A DNA stretch of 64,000 nt from a virus: IMG/VR virus record IMGVR_UViG_3300044684_000161, positions 1-64,000 of that record, one strand, 5' to 3'. Positions 52,745 to 62,890 of the stretch are shown here, piece by piece. Below the pieces are notes generated by a model that worked only from the letters and a program-made list of their open reading frames with translations, searched no databases and was not told where the DNA came from. Made by a program: the position numbers and the translations under genes. Position 1 is the stretch's first letter; each line of letters begins with the position of its first letter.

Positions 52745-53908
52745 ATGTCCACGCCGCCGACCAGTCAAAAGGCCGACCAGCGTCCGATTAGCTTCGTCCT
52801 AGACGACCAGACGACGCTGGGCGGCTCGCCCGTCTCCGTGAATCTGGCAATCCGTCCGGAGGATTTGACGCGCTCGGACGCATCCCGCCTAAACGTCCAG
52901 CAGACGCTTGGTGGCGCATGGGGCGATAACTTCGGCGCCGGCATTCCGACAATCTCGATCAGCGGTACAACTGGCTGGCGCCCCGGCGCTGATGGGCTCG
53001 ACGGCGGCGAACGCTTTCAGCAGTTGTTCGATCAGGTCTATAGCGGATGGCATACCGCGCGCTTGAATGCGGTCACGGCCGGCCAAGATCCTGACAAGGT
53101 TCAACTCGTTTTTTCTGACGCGCTCGATGGCTTCACCGTCGTCGTGGCTCCGAACAACTTCGTGCTACGGCGCTCGCGCTCGCGTCCGCTCATCTACCAG
53201 TACCAGATCGCGATGACTGTGCTCGATCAGGATGTCGATCCTGGCGCGGGTCTCTCGCTGTTCAACGGTAGCGACCTGCTTAATGCTGCGACGACACAGC
53301 AGCTTGGGCTGGCGAGCCTGACGCAATCGATCAACGACATCACGGCGCAGATCAGCAACATCTCGGGCGCGATCCAAAGCACGCTCGTTGCTCCAGTTCA
53401 GGCGTTCATGAACGAGACCTCTGCTCTTTACTCGGCAGTTCAAGGTGCGATCACTGCGGGAACGGGTATCGCCGGTCAACTGATTTCCGTGGCTCGCATG
53501 ACGGCGCAGGCCGGCTTGAACATTTTCCACACGTGCGCCGCCGTCGCGAACCTGCCTACTCTTTCGAAAGGGCTGCTGCTGCAGGTCGCCGGCGCGTACA
53601 TGAACGTCTGGTGCGTGCTGAAGAACGCGCTGAATCAGCAGCTTTACTACCCGGATTACTCGCCGCTGTTCGGCGCATCAAACTGCTCGTCAACGAATGG
53701 CGGCCGACCGATCAGTGCGCTTGCTGGCACGAACCCGTTTTATTCAGTCGCGCCGACGACGCCTGCACTGCCTGTGCAACTTACGCAGTCCGCGCAACTG
53801 AACCTATCCGCGCTCGCCAGTAATGATCCTGTGCTGGCGCCGATGACGACCTCCGCGCTCGGCGCTGCACTTCAAGAAGTCACGAATGGCATGACCGTCG
53901 CCGCATGA
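52745..53908 (+). CDS. Baseplate/tail tube initiator-like protein
   Basis: QQTLGGAW..ISISGTTG..RSRSRPLIYQY; leaderless CGTGAC promoter at 52725. Confidence 0.7.
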   Translation: MSTPPTSQKADQRPISFVLDDQTTLGGSPVSVNLAIRPEDLTRSDASRLNVQQTLGGAWGDNFGAGIPTISISGTTGWRPGADGLDGGERFQQLFDQVYSGWHTARLNAVTAGQDPDKVQLVFSDALDGFTVVVAPNNFVLRRSRSRPLIYQYQIAMTVLDQDVDPGAGLSLFNGSDLLNAATTQQLGLASLTQSINDITAQISNISGAIQSTLVAPVQAFMNETSALYSAVQGAITAGTGIAGQLISVARMTAQAGLNIFHTCAAVANLPTLSKGLLLQVAGAYMNVWCVLKNALNQQLYYPDYSPLFGASNCSSTNGGRPISALAGTNPFYSVAPTTPALPVQLTQSAQLNLSALASNDPVLAPMTTSALGAALQEVTNGMTVAA

Positions 53909-54531
53909 GTACGCCTCCGATCAATCTCAATAAGCCGCTGTATGGCTTTCGTTTTGTTTCCACGCAGCGCGGCGACTCGCTGCAGCTTATCGCGGCGCGC
54001 GAACTCGGTGATGCGACGTTGTGGCAGCAACTCATCGACTACAACGGTTTGGTGCCGCCGTACATCACGGACGATCCGACCCAAGCCAGCGCCGGCGTCG
54101 TTCTCACCGGGGCAACGATCAAAGTCCCTGCGCCGCAGCCGGTCGTCACCACGACAACGGATCCAGCGCAAGTGTTCGGCACCGATATCGCGCTCAAGAA
54201 TGGCCGCTTCTCTTTCTCAAGCGGCGATTTCGCCACTGTGTCGGGACGGGACAATCTCAAGCAGGCGGTTGAGAACCGGCTCAACACTGAGCGCGGCGAC
54301 CTGCTGATGCATCAGAATTACGGGTCGTTGCATCCGCGCATGATCGGCGCGGTGAATGGCCCGACTGCTGGTCAGCTTGTGGCTCAGTACGCCAAGGCTG
54401 CTGTGAAGGCGGACCCGCGCATTCAGGCCGTCAAGTCCGCCAATGCAGTCGTCGCCAACGATGCGGCAGTCGTGCAGATCGAGGCGCAACCCGTTTCCGG
54501 CCAAACGCTCACCGTCAGCGCAACGACGTAA
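53905..54531 (+). CDS. LysM-like plus gp25/GpW-like baseplate protein
   Basis: GDSLQLIAARELGDATLW; GRDNLKQA..RL..G.L..H..YG..DPRI. Confidence 0.8.
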   Translation: MSTPPINLNKPLYGFRFVSTQRGDSLQLIAARELGDATLWQQLIDYNGLVPPYITDDPTQASAGVVLTGATIKVPAPQPVVTTTTDPAQVFGTDIALKNGRFSFSSGDFATVSGRDNLKQAVENRLNTERGDLLMHQNYGSLHPRMIGAVNGPTAGQLVAQYAKAAVKADPRIQAVKSANAVVANDAAVVQIEAQPVSGQTLTVSATT

Positions 54532-54542
54532 GGAAGAAGAAA

Positions 54543-55985
54543 TTGAGCTTTCAGTTGAAAGACTTCGTGTCGATCGTCGCCTCGATGATCAACTGGATGA
54601 AGTCGACGCAAACGGCGGTGACCGACTTCAATGAAGGAGCGATCGCGCGCACGCTCGTTGAGGCGCCGGCGGCCGAGATCGAGGAACTGTACCGCCGCAT
54701 GCTCGACGGGCTGAAAGAAGCCATTCCCGTCGCGACGTACAATTCATTTAATTTCAATGCGCTGCCAGCGGAGCCGACGACAGGCCTTGTGCGCGTAGTG
54801 ATCTCGTCGCAATCGAGCGCTGTTTTGATCCAGGGCGGCACAGTCTTCACCTATCAGAATGGGGCTGTCTCCTACACGTCCGAGCAGACCGTCACGATTC
54901 CGGCCGGCAACACCTATGCTGACGTGTTGGTGAGCGCCGCGACGGCAGGATCAATCGGCAATCTGGCAGCGAATACTGCGTTCACGCTATCGCCCGTGCC
55001 GACCGGGTTCGTCAGTGCGTCGAATCTGTCGCAGTGGATCAACGGCACGGACGCCGAGACCGACGACCAGCGTCAATTGCGCTTCGCAGCCTACATCCAG
55101 TCTCTCGCGCGAGCTACCGTCCCCGCACTGCAATATGGACTGAGCACCGTTTCGCTTACTGACTCAAGCGGGAACGTGATCGAGCGCGTTGCGTCATCGC
55201 AGATCATCGAACCCTACGAGACGGACAACACGCAGCCGATCGGACTGGTCAACTGCTACATCCACAATGGCGTGGGGAACACATCGGCGGCGCTCGTGGC
55301 GCAAGCGAAGACGGTACTGTACGGCTACACCGATTCCCATGGGAACAAGGTGCCGGGGTGGAAGGCGGCTGGCGTCCACGTAGAGACATACGCCGCTACC
55401 GAACTCGCCATGAACCTAAAGGGAACCGTCACTGCGCTCCCCGGGTATGATCAACCCACGCTCGCGGCAAGCGCGACTCAGACGGCCGACGCCTACATCA
55501 TTGGGCTCGGCACTGGCGCGCCGTTCGAAGTGTCAGAAGTGATCAAGCGGGTCAAACTGATCACTGGCGTCGATGACTTCTTGCCGTCTGACGTGACACC
55601 TCCACTTTCTCCGACGCTTGGCTCTACTGCTGGCGGGACGTTGGCGGCGACGACGTACTATGTCGCGATCACCTATGTGACCGCGCAAGGCGAAACACTT
55701 GCATCACCCACGGCTTCTCTCGCAGTTGCGGCGAATAACCTTCTCACGGTCGCATCGCCATCGATCTTGGCTGGCGTGACGGGCTGGAATGTCTACGTCG
55801 GCACCGCTGCGAATAATCTGCAAAAGCAGAACGCCGCCTTTATTGCCATCGGAACCGGCTATACGGAGCCCACGAGCGGACTCATTTCCGGCGCCGCGCC
55901 GCCGACCATTTCGACCGCTCGGTTCGTCAACATCGTGCCCGCGCTCACTCAGAAATTGATGCCGGGTACCGTCTTGATTTCATGA
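54543..55985 (+). CDS. Baseplate J-like wedge protein with a C-terminal Ig-like insertion
   Basis: TDFNEG, AGSIGN, NGTDAETDD..RF; TTG start. Confidence 0.88.
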   Translation: MSFQLKDFVSIVASMINWMKSTQTAVTDFNEGAIARTLVEAPAAEIEELYRRMLDGLKEAIPVATYNSFNFNALPAEPTTGLVRVVISSQSSAVLIQGGTVFTYQNGAVSYTSEQTVTIPAGNTYADVLVSAATAGSIGNLAANTAFTLSPVPTGFVSASNLSQWINGTDAETDDQRQLRFAAYIQSLARATVPALQYGLSTVSLTDSSGNVIERVASSQIIEPYETDNTQPIGLVNCYIHNGVGNTSAALVAQAKTVLYGYTDSHGNKVPGWKAAGVHVETYAATELAMNLKGTVTALPGYDQPTLAASATQTADAYIIGLGTGAPFEVSEVIKRVKLITGVDDFLPSDVTPPLSPTLGSTAGGTLAATTYYVAITYVTAQGETLASPTASLAVAANNLLTVASPSILAGVTGWNVYVGTAANNLQKQNAAFIAIGTGYTEPTSGLISGAAPPTISTARFVNIVPALTQKLMPGTVLIS

Positions 55986-55986
55986 C

Positions 55987-57099
55987 ATGCTGCTGACGCA
56001 AAAGCTTCTCTCGTTCTTGCACGGGGTCTTCGATAAGGATCCCGGGCAGTTCCTCGCGTTGCGACTGCAATACAACGGCGGTCTGACGTGGCAAGTCTCC
56101 GACGGCACGTTGACAACGACCGTGATGGGAGGAACAGGGAGCAATCTATCGATCAACCTATCACAGTACACGGTCGCGTCGCTCGCGAACTATTTGGGCG
56201 TTCAGCCGGGGTATTCGATCGCATACGTTGATATGTCGAACCTTGCGTCGCTGTCGGCGCTGGTGCTGCTCGATGCATCGAATGACATCTCGCTATCGAA
56301 CGGTGACCATCTCTACGGTTACACGTCCGAGTTATGGTCCTACATGGAGTCGCAAGCCAACGAGCTAGAGCAGGCCGAAACGCAGATCGGCAACATGCTC
56401 CAGCAGATGAGCACGACGACCGCCGCCGACCAATGGCTCGATTATCTCGGCGGATATTACGGCGTTCCGCGCCTGCAGGGGGAAACTGACACCAACTACG
56501 GGCCGCGCATCATTGCCGAAGTGCTGCGTCCGCGCTCGAACAACGTCGCGCTCGAAATGGCGATTTCGGCGTACACCAACCAGCCAACGACGGTGACCGA
56601 TGTCATCGAGTATGGCCCAACGTTCCCGCTGTATAACGGCGCGATCGTGCGAAATGGCGCGCATACGTATAGCGCGTCAGCCAAACCTCTCTATGGGCTA
56701 TTCGATGTTCAGTATGCCTATGACCTGCTCAATGGCAGCGATGAAACAGCGTTCGCTCAAACGGTCATCGGCATCATCAACCGATATCGCGCGGCAGGCA
56801 CGCATCTACGTCAACTCGCGCTGACGTTGGCCGGCAGTGGGCTGACTGATTCGCTGACGCCGCCGACGGATGGCTTCTCGACGATCGCCATCAGCATGCC
56901 GCTCGCGGATACGCTCACGTCGCCAACGGACAATTCGTTCGGCATGGCAGGAGCGATCGCGGGTTTCGCCGACACGTTGAGCGCGCCGACCGACGCTGAG
57001 TCGATCACGATCACGTACAACTATAAGTACAACAGCGTCCGGACTTACAACAGCCAGATCTACCATATGGGCGGCCAGACGGTAACAGAATCGCTCTGA
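55987..57099 (+). CDS. Baseplate wedge protein (GpI-like)
   Basis: WLDYLGGYYGVPRLQGETD; RAAGT. Confidence 0.75.
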   Translation: MLLTQKLLSFLHGVFDKDPGQFLALRLQYNGGLTWQVSDGTLTTTVMGGTGSNLSINLSQYTVASLANYLGVQPGYSIAYVDMSNLASLSALVLLDASNDISLSNGDHLYGYTSELWSYMESQANELEQAETQIGNMLQQMSTTTAADQWLDYLGGYYGVPRLQGETDTNYGPRIIAEVLRPRSNNVALEMAISAYTNQPTTVTDVIEYGPTFPLYNGAIVRNGAHTYSASAKPLYGLFDVQYAYDLLNGSDETAFAQTVIGIINRYRAAGTHLRQLALTLAGSGLTDSLTPPTDGFSTIAISMPLADTLTSPTDNSFGMAGAIAGFADTLSAPTDAESITITYNYKYNSVRTYNSQIYHMGGQTVTESL

Positions 57100-57141
57100 T
57101 GGTCGTGACGCGACAATCCAGAAACAAGACTGGAGAACCGC

Positions 57142-57606
57142 GTGGGCCTTTCTTTTTTAGATAAATTGGAGCGTTCACCGAGCGGGCTTTTCGTTCTGCG
57201 TGTCTATCGCAAGGGCGAGCTCGTCGAGGTGATGGAAGAGCCGAACCTAATCGTGGTGGGCTCTCAGAGCATGCACGCACATTTGCTCGGCGGTGCCGTC
57301 ACGAATCAAAGCGTCACGCAGATCGGATTTGGCACGAACGCGATCGCACCCGCATTCAGCAATACGGCGCTGACGGGCGCATACACGAAAGCGATCGATT
57401 CCGTCTCGTATCCCGCATCGAACCAAGTGCAGTTCAATTTCTCGCTCGGAATCGCCGGCGCAGACTCCGGTGCATACGGGCTCGCCATCAGCGAGTTCGG
57501 GCTACTGACGCCGAGCACGACGCTATATGCCCGCAAGACGCGGAGCGCGCCCCTGAATTTCAATTCGGACCTGAGCTTCACTGGGTCCTGGACCATAAGC
57601 TTCTAA
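57142..57606 (+). CDS. Tail fibre attachment/baseplate protein
   Basis: NLIVVG, IGFGT, ISEFGL..LYARK..W.ISF. Confidence 0.75.
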   Translation: MGLSFLDKLERSPSGLFVLRVYRKGELVEVMEEPNLIVVGSQSMHAHLLGGAVTNQSVTQIGFGTNAIAPAFSNTALTGAYTKAIDSVSYPASNQVQFNFSLGIAGADSGAYGLAISEFGLLTPSTTLYARKTRSAPLNFNSDLSFTGSWTISF

Positions 57607-57617
57607 AGGCCGGATAG

Positions 57618-60242
57618 ATGGCAAATCAGCCCGAAAGCCCAACCTATGATGCTGGCGTCTATCAGATCGAAGCAACCGATCCGGTAGACGGTGGCGTCGG
57701 TGCTGTAACGAATAAGCCGCTGCTGAACCTCGCGGACCGAACAGCGTACCTCAAGCAACACGTCGACAATCTAGAAAACGGGACGACGCAGCCGCCAGGA
57801 ATGGCGCCGCTGAATTCGCCGAACTTTACCGGTTCGCCGACGGCTCCGACTCAGGCTTTTGGCGACGCATCGACGAAGCTCGCGAACGATGCTTTCGTGC
57901 AGGGCACCGTCAATGGCGTGTCGACGATCAACGTCGCCGGCGGCGCGAATGTCACGCTGACGGCGGCGCAGGCCGGTCAGGGTACGCTCGTTTTTACGGG
58001 CGCCATCACGGCAAACATTGCGGTGATCGTGCCGAACACGGCCGCCAAGTGGGAAGTGTCGAACCAGACGACAGGCGCCTTTACGCTCACAGTCAAGACG
58101 GCAGCCGGTACTGGCATCGTGGTCACGCAAGGCAAGAACACGAGCCTGTGGTGTGATACGACGAATGTCAACGATGGCAAGACCGATTTCATCAGCCCGG
58201 CTTTCACTGGTTCGCCAACGGCACCCACTGCGGCGAGCGGTGATAATTCGAACCTCGTCTCGGACACTGCGTTCGTTTTCAACGCTGCTGACGGCATGGC
58301 GTCCGTCAATGTGGCTGGCAACACCGACGTTACGCTGACGCAGGCACAGTATGGTTGTGCGATTCTGAACCTGACCGGCGCGCTGACGGGCAACATCAAC
58401 CTGAAGTTCCCGCAGCAGACGGGGCAATGGATCGTCGCGAACAACTCGACGGGGGCATTCGCGATCACTGGAAAGACGACCGCAAGTGGGACGCCGGCTA
58501 CTGTCACGCTCCCGCAAGGATCGGCGGTGCTCATCTATGGAGATGGCACCAATTTGGCCCTGGCAAGTTCGGCCGGAAATCAAGCGTCGCTCACGCGCAC
58601 GTCTTTCGCGCCGACTGCCGGCACCAAGACGCTGACGGTGCCGACTGGGTACACGCCGGGCAATGTGCTTCTTGAGAAGAACGGCGCACTCCTCGAGCCG
58701 GCAGACTTCGCACAGGCAATCCCGGCGCCGACGCAAAACGCTGCGAGCACTGCTGTTAGCGGCGGCTCGCTGGCCTCCGGCACCTACTACTACGAAGTGA
58801 CGGCACTCACTTCGGCTGGCGAGACGACTGCTTCGAACGAAGTGTCGATCGCCACGTCGCATCTTGCTGTGCCAGCGGCAAACACGCCGACCACCTCAAC
58901 GACTGGCGGCACACTGGGTGCGGCGACGTACTACTACGTAGTGACCGCCCTCGGTTCCTCTGGCGAGACGACGAAATCGAACGAAGTTTCGATCACGACG
59001 ACCGGCACGACCTCGAGCAATACGGTTACGTGGGGCGCCGTGGCGGGCGCAACCGGCTATCGCATCTATCGCGGCACGGCAGCCGGCGCCGAGAGTGTCT
59101 ACTACTCGGTCGGCGCCGTGACGACGTTCACCGACACTGGCGCGGCGAACACATCCGGCACGCCTCCGGCAAGCAATACGGCTGTCTCGTCGACGAATGC
59201 CAATACGGTCAATTGGACAGCCGTGACGAATGCCACTGGATACCGTGTGTATCGCGGCACAGCGTCGGGCAGCGAGAACGTCTACTATGCGCCCGGCAAT
59301 GTGACTTCCTACACGGACACTGGTGCCGCAAGCACTTCCGGTACGCCGCCGACCGTAAACACCGCCGCCGATGGCTCGACGATCACGCTGACGACGGCGA
59401 CTGTCACCAACGACTCGTTCAATCTCTACGCTTTCAAGACCTTCACGGTCGCGAACGCAGTGCAGAAGTCTGGCGACACGATGGCGGGTCCGCTCGCGCT
59501 GTTTGGTGGCGATACAATCGCGACTGACCCTGCCGCCAGCGATAGCAGCGGTAAGATTCCGAGCACTCGGTGGGTGGGGTCGAACACGCCTGGGCGATTG
59601 CTAAATGTTCAGGTAGTTACAGGAAGCACCACATACAACAAGACAGCGGGAACAAATTCGCAGATCGTCGAAGCGGTTGGCGGTGGTGGCGGCGGCGGCG
59701 GATGCGTGACGAATGGCTGCGGCGGTGGCGGTGGTGCTGGCGCGTTTGCTCGCGTGTACATTCCCTCAGCCGTAACGGGTGTTACCGTCACGATTGGTGC
59801 TGCCGGGACTGCGGGAGCGGCGGGCAGCAATAATGGCGGAAACGGTGGGACTACATCATTCGGCTCGTTGATTAGTTGCCCTGGTGGTGGGGGAGGGTCT
59901 GGCGGCGCATCGGTGGGCGCATCTACCGCAGTTTTCACGGCGGGTGGCAATCCCTCTGCTGCTCCGACTATATCTGGCGCTACGAACTTGGGCAGCGCAA
60001 TTGGAAGAACAGGCTTTTATGGGTTGAGTGGCCAAAATGGTCTAGCTGGCGGCGCGGGAGCAGAATCGAAATTTGGCTCAGGCGGTCAACAGACCTTCGC
60101 CGCCGGCGCCGCCACGCAAGCTGGTATCGCGGGCTCAGCATCTGGTAGCGGGGGTAGCGGAGCCGCGTCGGGAAATTCGGGCTCTAGCGCGGCAGGAGGC
60201 GCCGGCGCGGCAGGTATCGTATATGTTTTCGAATATGCCTAA
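57618..60242 (+). CDS. Tail fibre protein
   Basis: VYQIEATDPVDGG..LADRTAYLK N-terminus, SP.FTGSPTAPT repeats, nested Ig/fn3-like domains, glycine-rich C-terminus. Confidence 0.9.
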   Translation: MANQPESPTYDAGVYQIEATDPVDGGVGAVTNKPLLNLADRTAYLKQHVDNLENGTTQPPGMAPLNSPNFTGSPTAPTQAFGDASTKLANDAFVQGTVNGVSTINVAGGANVTLTAAQAGQGTLVFTGAITANIAVIVPNTAAKWEVSNQTTGAFTLTVKTAAGTGIVVTQGKNTSLWCDTTNVNDGKTDFISPAFTGSPTAPTAASGDNSNLVSDTAFVFNAADGMASVNVAGNTDVTLTQAQYGCAILNLTGALTGNINLKFPQQTGQWIVANNSTGAFAITGKTTASGTPATVTLPQGSAVLIYGDGTNLALASSAGNQASLTRTSFAPTAGTKTLTVPTGYTPGNVLLEKNGALLEPADFAQAIPAPTQNAASTAVSGGSLASGTYYYEVTALTSAGETTASNEVSIATSHLAVPAANTPTTSTTGGTLGAATYYYVVTALGSSGETTKSNEVSITTTGTTSSNTVTWGAVAGATGYRIYRGTAAGAESVYYSVGAVTTFTDTGAANTSGTPPASNTAVSSTNANTVNWTAVTNATGYRVYRGTASGSENVYYAPGNVTSYTDTGAASTSGTPPTVNTAADGSTITLTTATVTNDSFNLYAFKTFTVANAVQKSGDTMAGPLALFGGDTIATDPAASDSSGKIPSTRWVGSNTPGRLLNVQVVTGSTTYNKTAGTNSQIVEAVGGGGGGGGCVTNGCGGGGGAGAFARVYIPSAVTGVTVTIGAAGTAGAAGSNNGGNGGTTSFGSLISCPGGGGGSGGASVGASTAVFTAGGNPSAAPTISGATNLGSAIGRTGFYGLSGQNGLAGGAGAESKFGSGGQQTFAAGAATQAGIAGSASGSGGSGAASGNSGSSAAGGAGAAGIVYVFEYA

Positions 60243-60362
60243 TCAATTGTGCATGCATGTATGGACTGTCCGCAGCGGAACTGATTGCTCTGCATCAGTA
60301 ACGACTGATTGATTCGCAATAACAAAGAACTCAGCATTTAAGCGAAAGGTTTGGGACGATGA

Positions 60363-60767
60363 TTGAATAATGCTTCGAATCTTGCGGCGCTGGCACTTGC
60401 CGCTTCTGTTGATAGTGCTCTTGGGATCGCCTTTCAAAAGAAAATCTCGGCACCTCCGGTCAATCTCGGCAACCTTGGCGCCACGCCAGCGCTCGATTTC
60501 TCGACCGGCAACAATTTCTACGGCACTGCGAACGCGAACTTCACGCTGCCGTTCCCGACCAATCTGTCTGCCGGGCAGGCTGGGTCGATCGAGATCACTC
60601 AAGACGGCACCGGTAGCCGGACCATTACATACGCCAGCGGATGGCTGTTCCCCGGCGGCACGCGCCCGGCGCTCTCGACTGCGGCAGGCTCTATCGATGT
60701 CATCTCGTATTTCGTGCGGCCCGGTGCCACGCAGATCGAGGCGACGATCAATAAGGCGTTCGCATAA
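60363..60767 (+). CDS. Tail fibre-associated protein
   Basis: QDGTGSRTITY..FPGGTRPALSTAAGSIDVISY. Confidence 0.75.
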   Translation: MNNASNLAALALAASVDSALGIAFQKKISAPPVNLGNLGATPALDFSTGNNFYGTANANFTLPFPTNLSAGQAGSIEITQDGTGSRTITYASGWLFPGGTRPALSTAAGSIDVISYFVRPGATQIEATINKAFA

Positions 60768-61552
60768 TGCTCGCCGGCGTCCCTCCGCTCAACACCGGCA
60801 TCAAACTGTTCGTCGTGCCGATTACCGCCAATGTGAACGAGTACAACCTGCACAATGTGCTGACCGCATCCCCGTATAACTGGGACGGCAGCACTCAGGT
60901 GATGGTGACCGTCAACGTCTCCGCCAGCGTGGTGATCGGCGGCACCGATCGAAGCAGCACGACGGCGAGTTCGGCGACTGGCGCGTTCAACATCGGCGCA
61001 GCTTTCCCAGTTGGATCCGAGATTGATCTGAACATCGGCTCGGGCGCGAAGATTCAAGGATATGGCGGCGATGGCGCGCCGACTGGTGGCGGCGGTCCTG
61101 GCTGCTACGGCGGCCACGCAATCGTGTTGCCGGCCAGCATGAATGCGCTGCTCAAGATCAACAACCAGGGCAGCATCTTGGGCGGCGGCGGCGGCGGCGC
61201 AAGCAATTCCGGTAGCGACGGCGGTGCGGGTGCCGGCGGCGGCGCTGGTACGCCCGGGGGCGCCGGCGGACCGTGCCAGAGTTCGTTGTCTCCATACGGC
61301 GCGACCAATGGCTCGGCTGGCACGGCGACAGCAGGGGGCGCGGCTGGGGCCAGCGCTCCAGTGAATGGTTCGATTGGCGTGACAACTGCTGGCTATGCGG
61401 GGGCGGGCGGCAATCCAGGGCAACAAGGCGGCTACAACAACAGAGGTGTCAGCGGCGCCGCGCCGGGGCCGGCCGGGTATGCGATCGCTCTCAACGGCAA
61501 CGCCGCGCCAACCTTCATCGCATCAGGCACGATCACCGGATCAATTGCCTGA
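60767..61552 (+). CDS. Glycine-rich receptor-binding/adhesin-like protein
   Basis: I.G.GG.G, INNQGSILGGGGGG pattern as in gp38-type adhesins. Confidence 0.7.
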   Translation: MLAGVPPLNTGIKLFVVPITANVNEYNLHNVLTASPYNWDGSTQVMVTVNVSASVVIGGTDRSSTTASSATGAFNIGAAFPVGSEIDLNIGSGAKIQGYGGDGAPTGGGGPGCYGGHAIVLPASMNALLKINNQGSILGGGGGGASNSGSDGGAGAGGGAGTPGGAGGPCQSSLSPYGATNGSAGTATAGGAAGASAPVNGSIGVTTAGYAGAGGNPGQQGGYNNRGVSGAAPGPAGYAIALNGNAAPTFIASGTITGSIA

Positions 61553-61642
61553 TTGTCGTGACTATAGGATTGCCTTGTACTAACTCGCAATCCGAAGAGA
61601 CAAGAAACCGTCCTCGGTTGCATTGATTACCGGGGACGGCGG

Positions 61643-61975
61643 ATGGAAGTAAGCAGCGGTGCTTTCCAAATCATCGCAGTAGTGGTGAGTATGTTGTGCT
61701 CAGCGATGGGCACGATTCTTTGGTTCCTGTTTCAGAGCGTGCGACACGACGTGCAAGCGGCACGTACAGAAGCAGAGTCCGCCAAGGACGAACTTGCGAA
61801 ATTCAAACTGCAAGCGGCCGAGCATTACGTCACGCGAAACGATCTCACCTCGACAGTGACCGACCTAAAGCGTTCGATCGAGCGCCTGATTGAATCCGTC
61901 GACCGTAGCTCTCAAGAGACGCGCGACGCATTCAATAAGATCCACGAGCGCATCGATAGAAAGGCCGACAAGTGA
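61643..61975 (+). CDS. Holin-like protein (one TM plus coiled coil)
   Basis: N-terminal TM, AEHYVTRNDL, IDRKADK; upstream of the endolysin. Confidence 0.65.
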   Translation: MEVSSGAFQIIAVVVSMLCSAMGTILWFLFQSVRHDVQAARTEAESAKDELAKFKLQAAEHYVTRNDLTSTVTDLKRSIERLIESVDRSSQETRDAFNKIHERIDRKADK

Positions 61976-62334
61976 ACAAGCACGAAATCCATTGGCTCGA
62001 TGCTCCAGAAGAGCACGACTATCCAGCCGCGCTTTCCTATCTCTCCCTAATCTTTGAAGCGTCGCACGCCGAGAGCATCGTCAAGGCGCTTGAGCATGCC
62101 GAGATGTGCGCTTTCAAGGCGAAGGACATCTTCAGGGCTTCAGCACTCCCTCTTCTAGGCATCAGCAACAGCCACGTAGCGAAGAACGAAGCAAAGATCG
62201 ACAGCGGCAAAAAGCTGTCGCCGATCCTGCTCGTGCGCAGCCACGGCAAGGTGATTTTAGCCGACGGCTACCATCGACTCTGCGCGGTCTATCGCCATGA
62301 CGAGGACGCGGAGATTCCCTGCAAGATCGTATAG
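61972..62334 (+). CDS. Stand-alone ParB/Srx-like domain protein
   Basis: LSPILLVR..ILADGYHRLCA. Confidence 0.7.
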   Translation: MNKHEIHWLDAPEEHDYPAALSYLSLIFEASHAESIVKALEHAEMCAFKAKDIFRASALPLLGISNSHVAKNEAKIDSGKKLSPILLVRSHGKVILADGYHRLCAVYRHDEDAEIPCKIV

Positions 62335-62341
62335 CGATGCC

Positions 62342-62890
62342 ATGAACTTGACGCCCGCAATCGTAGCCGTCGGCACCGGTGCATCTCCCGTGACCTCGGC
62401 GAAGTGGCTCGGCGTATTGCAGTCGACATGCGACCAGTACGTCATCAACACGCCCGAGCGGATCGCCGCGTTCCTCGCGCAGATCGGCCATGAGTCGATG
62501 CACTTGATCTACACGCGCGAACTATGGGGCCCGACGGCCGCGCAACGCGCATACGAGCCGCCATCGGCGAAGTCGAAGGAACTCGGCAATACGCAGCCCG
62601 GCGACGGCAAGCGATTCTGCGGACGCGGTCTGATTCAGATTACGGGCCGAGGCATGTATATGCGGGCCGGCGCAGCGCTCAAACTCGACCTGCTTGCGCA
62701 TCCCGAATTGCTCGAGGCGCCGTCAAATGCCGCACAGTCCGCCGGCTGGTTCTGGTCGATACACGGGCTAAACGCGCTGGCCGACGCTGGTGAGTTCGAA
62801 ACCATCACGCGCAAGATCAATGGGGGCCTCAATGGTGAGGCCGATCGCTTGGCGCTCTACGATTCAGCAAAGAAAGCGCTGGGGATCTGA
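62342..62890 (+). CDS. Endolysin, glycoside hydrolase family 19
   Basis: FLAQIGHES, LGN..GDG.RF.GRGLIQITG, SAGWFW, ITRKINGGLNG..DR. Confidence 0.93.
   Translation: MNLTPAIVAVGTGASPVTSAKWLGVLQSTCDQYVINTPERIAAFLAQIGHESMHLIYTRELWGPTAAQRAYEPPSAKSKELGNTQPGDGKRFCGRGLIQITGRGMYMRAGAALKLDLLAHPELLEAPSNAAQSAGWFWSIHGLNALADAGEFETITRKINGGLNGEADRLALYDSAKKALGI

Noticed and set aside
57618-61552. Diversity-generating retroelement or invertible tail-fibre cassette
   Set aside because: No reverse transcriptase or invertase gene; the internal repeats are protein-domain duplications, not adenine-specific TR/VR pairs
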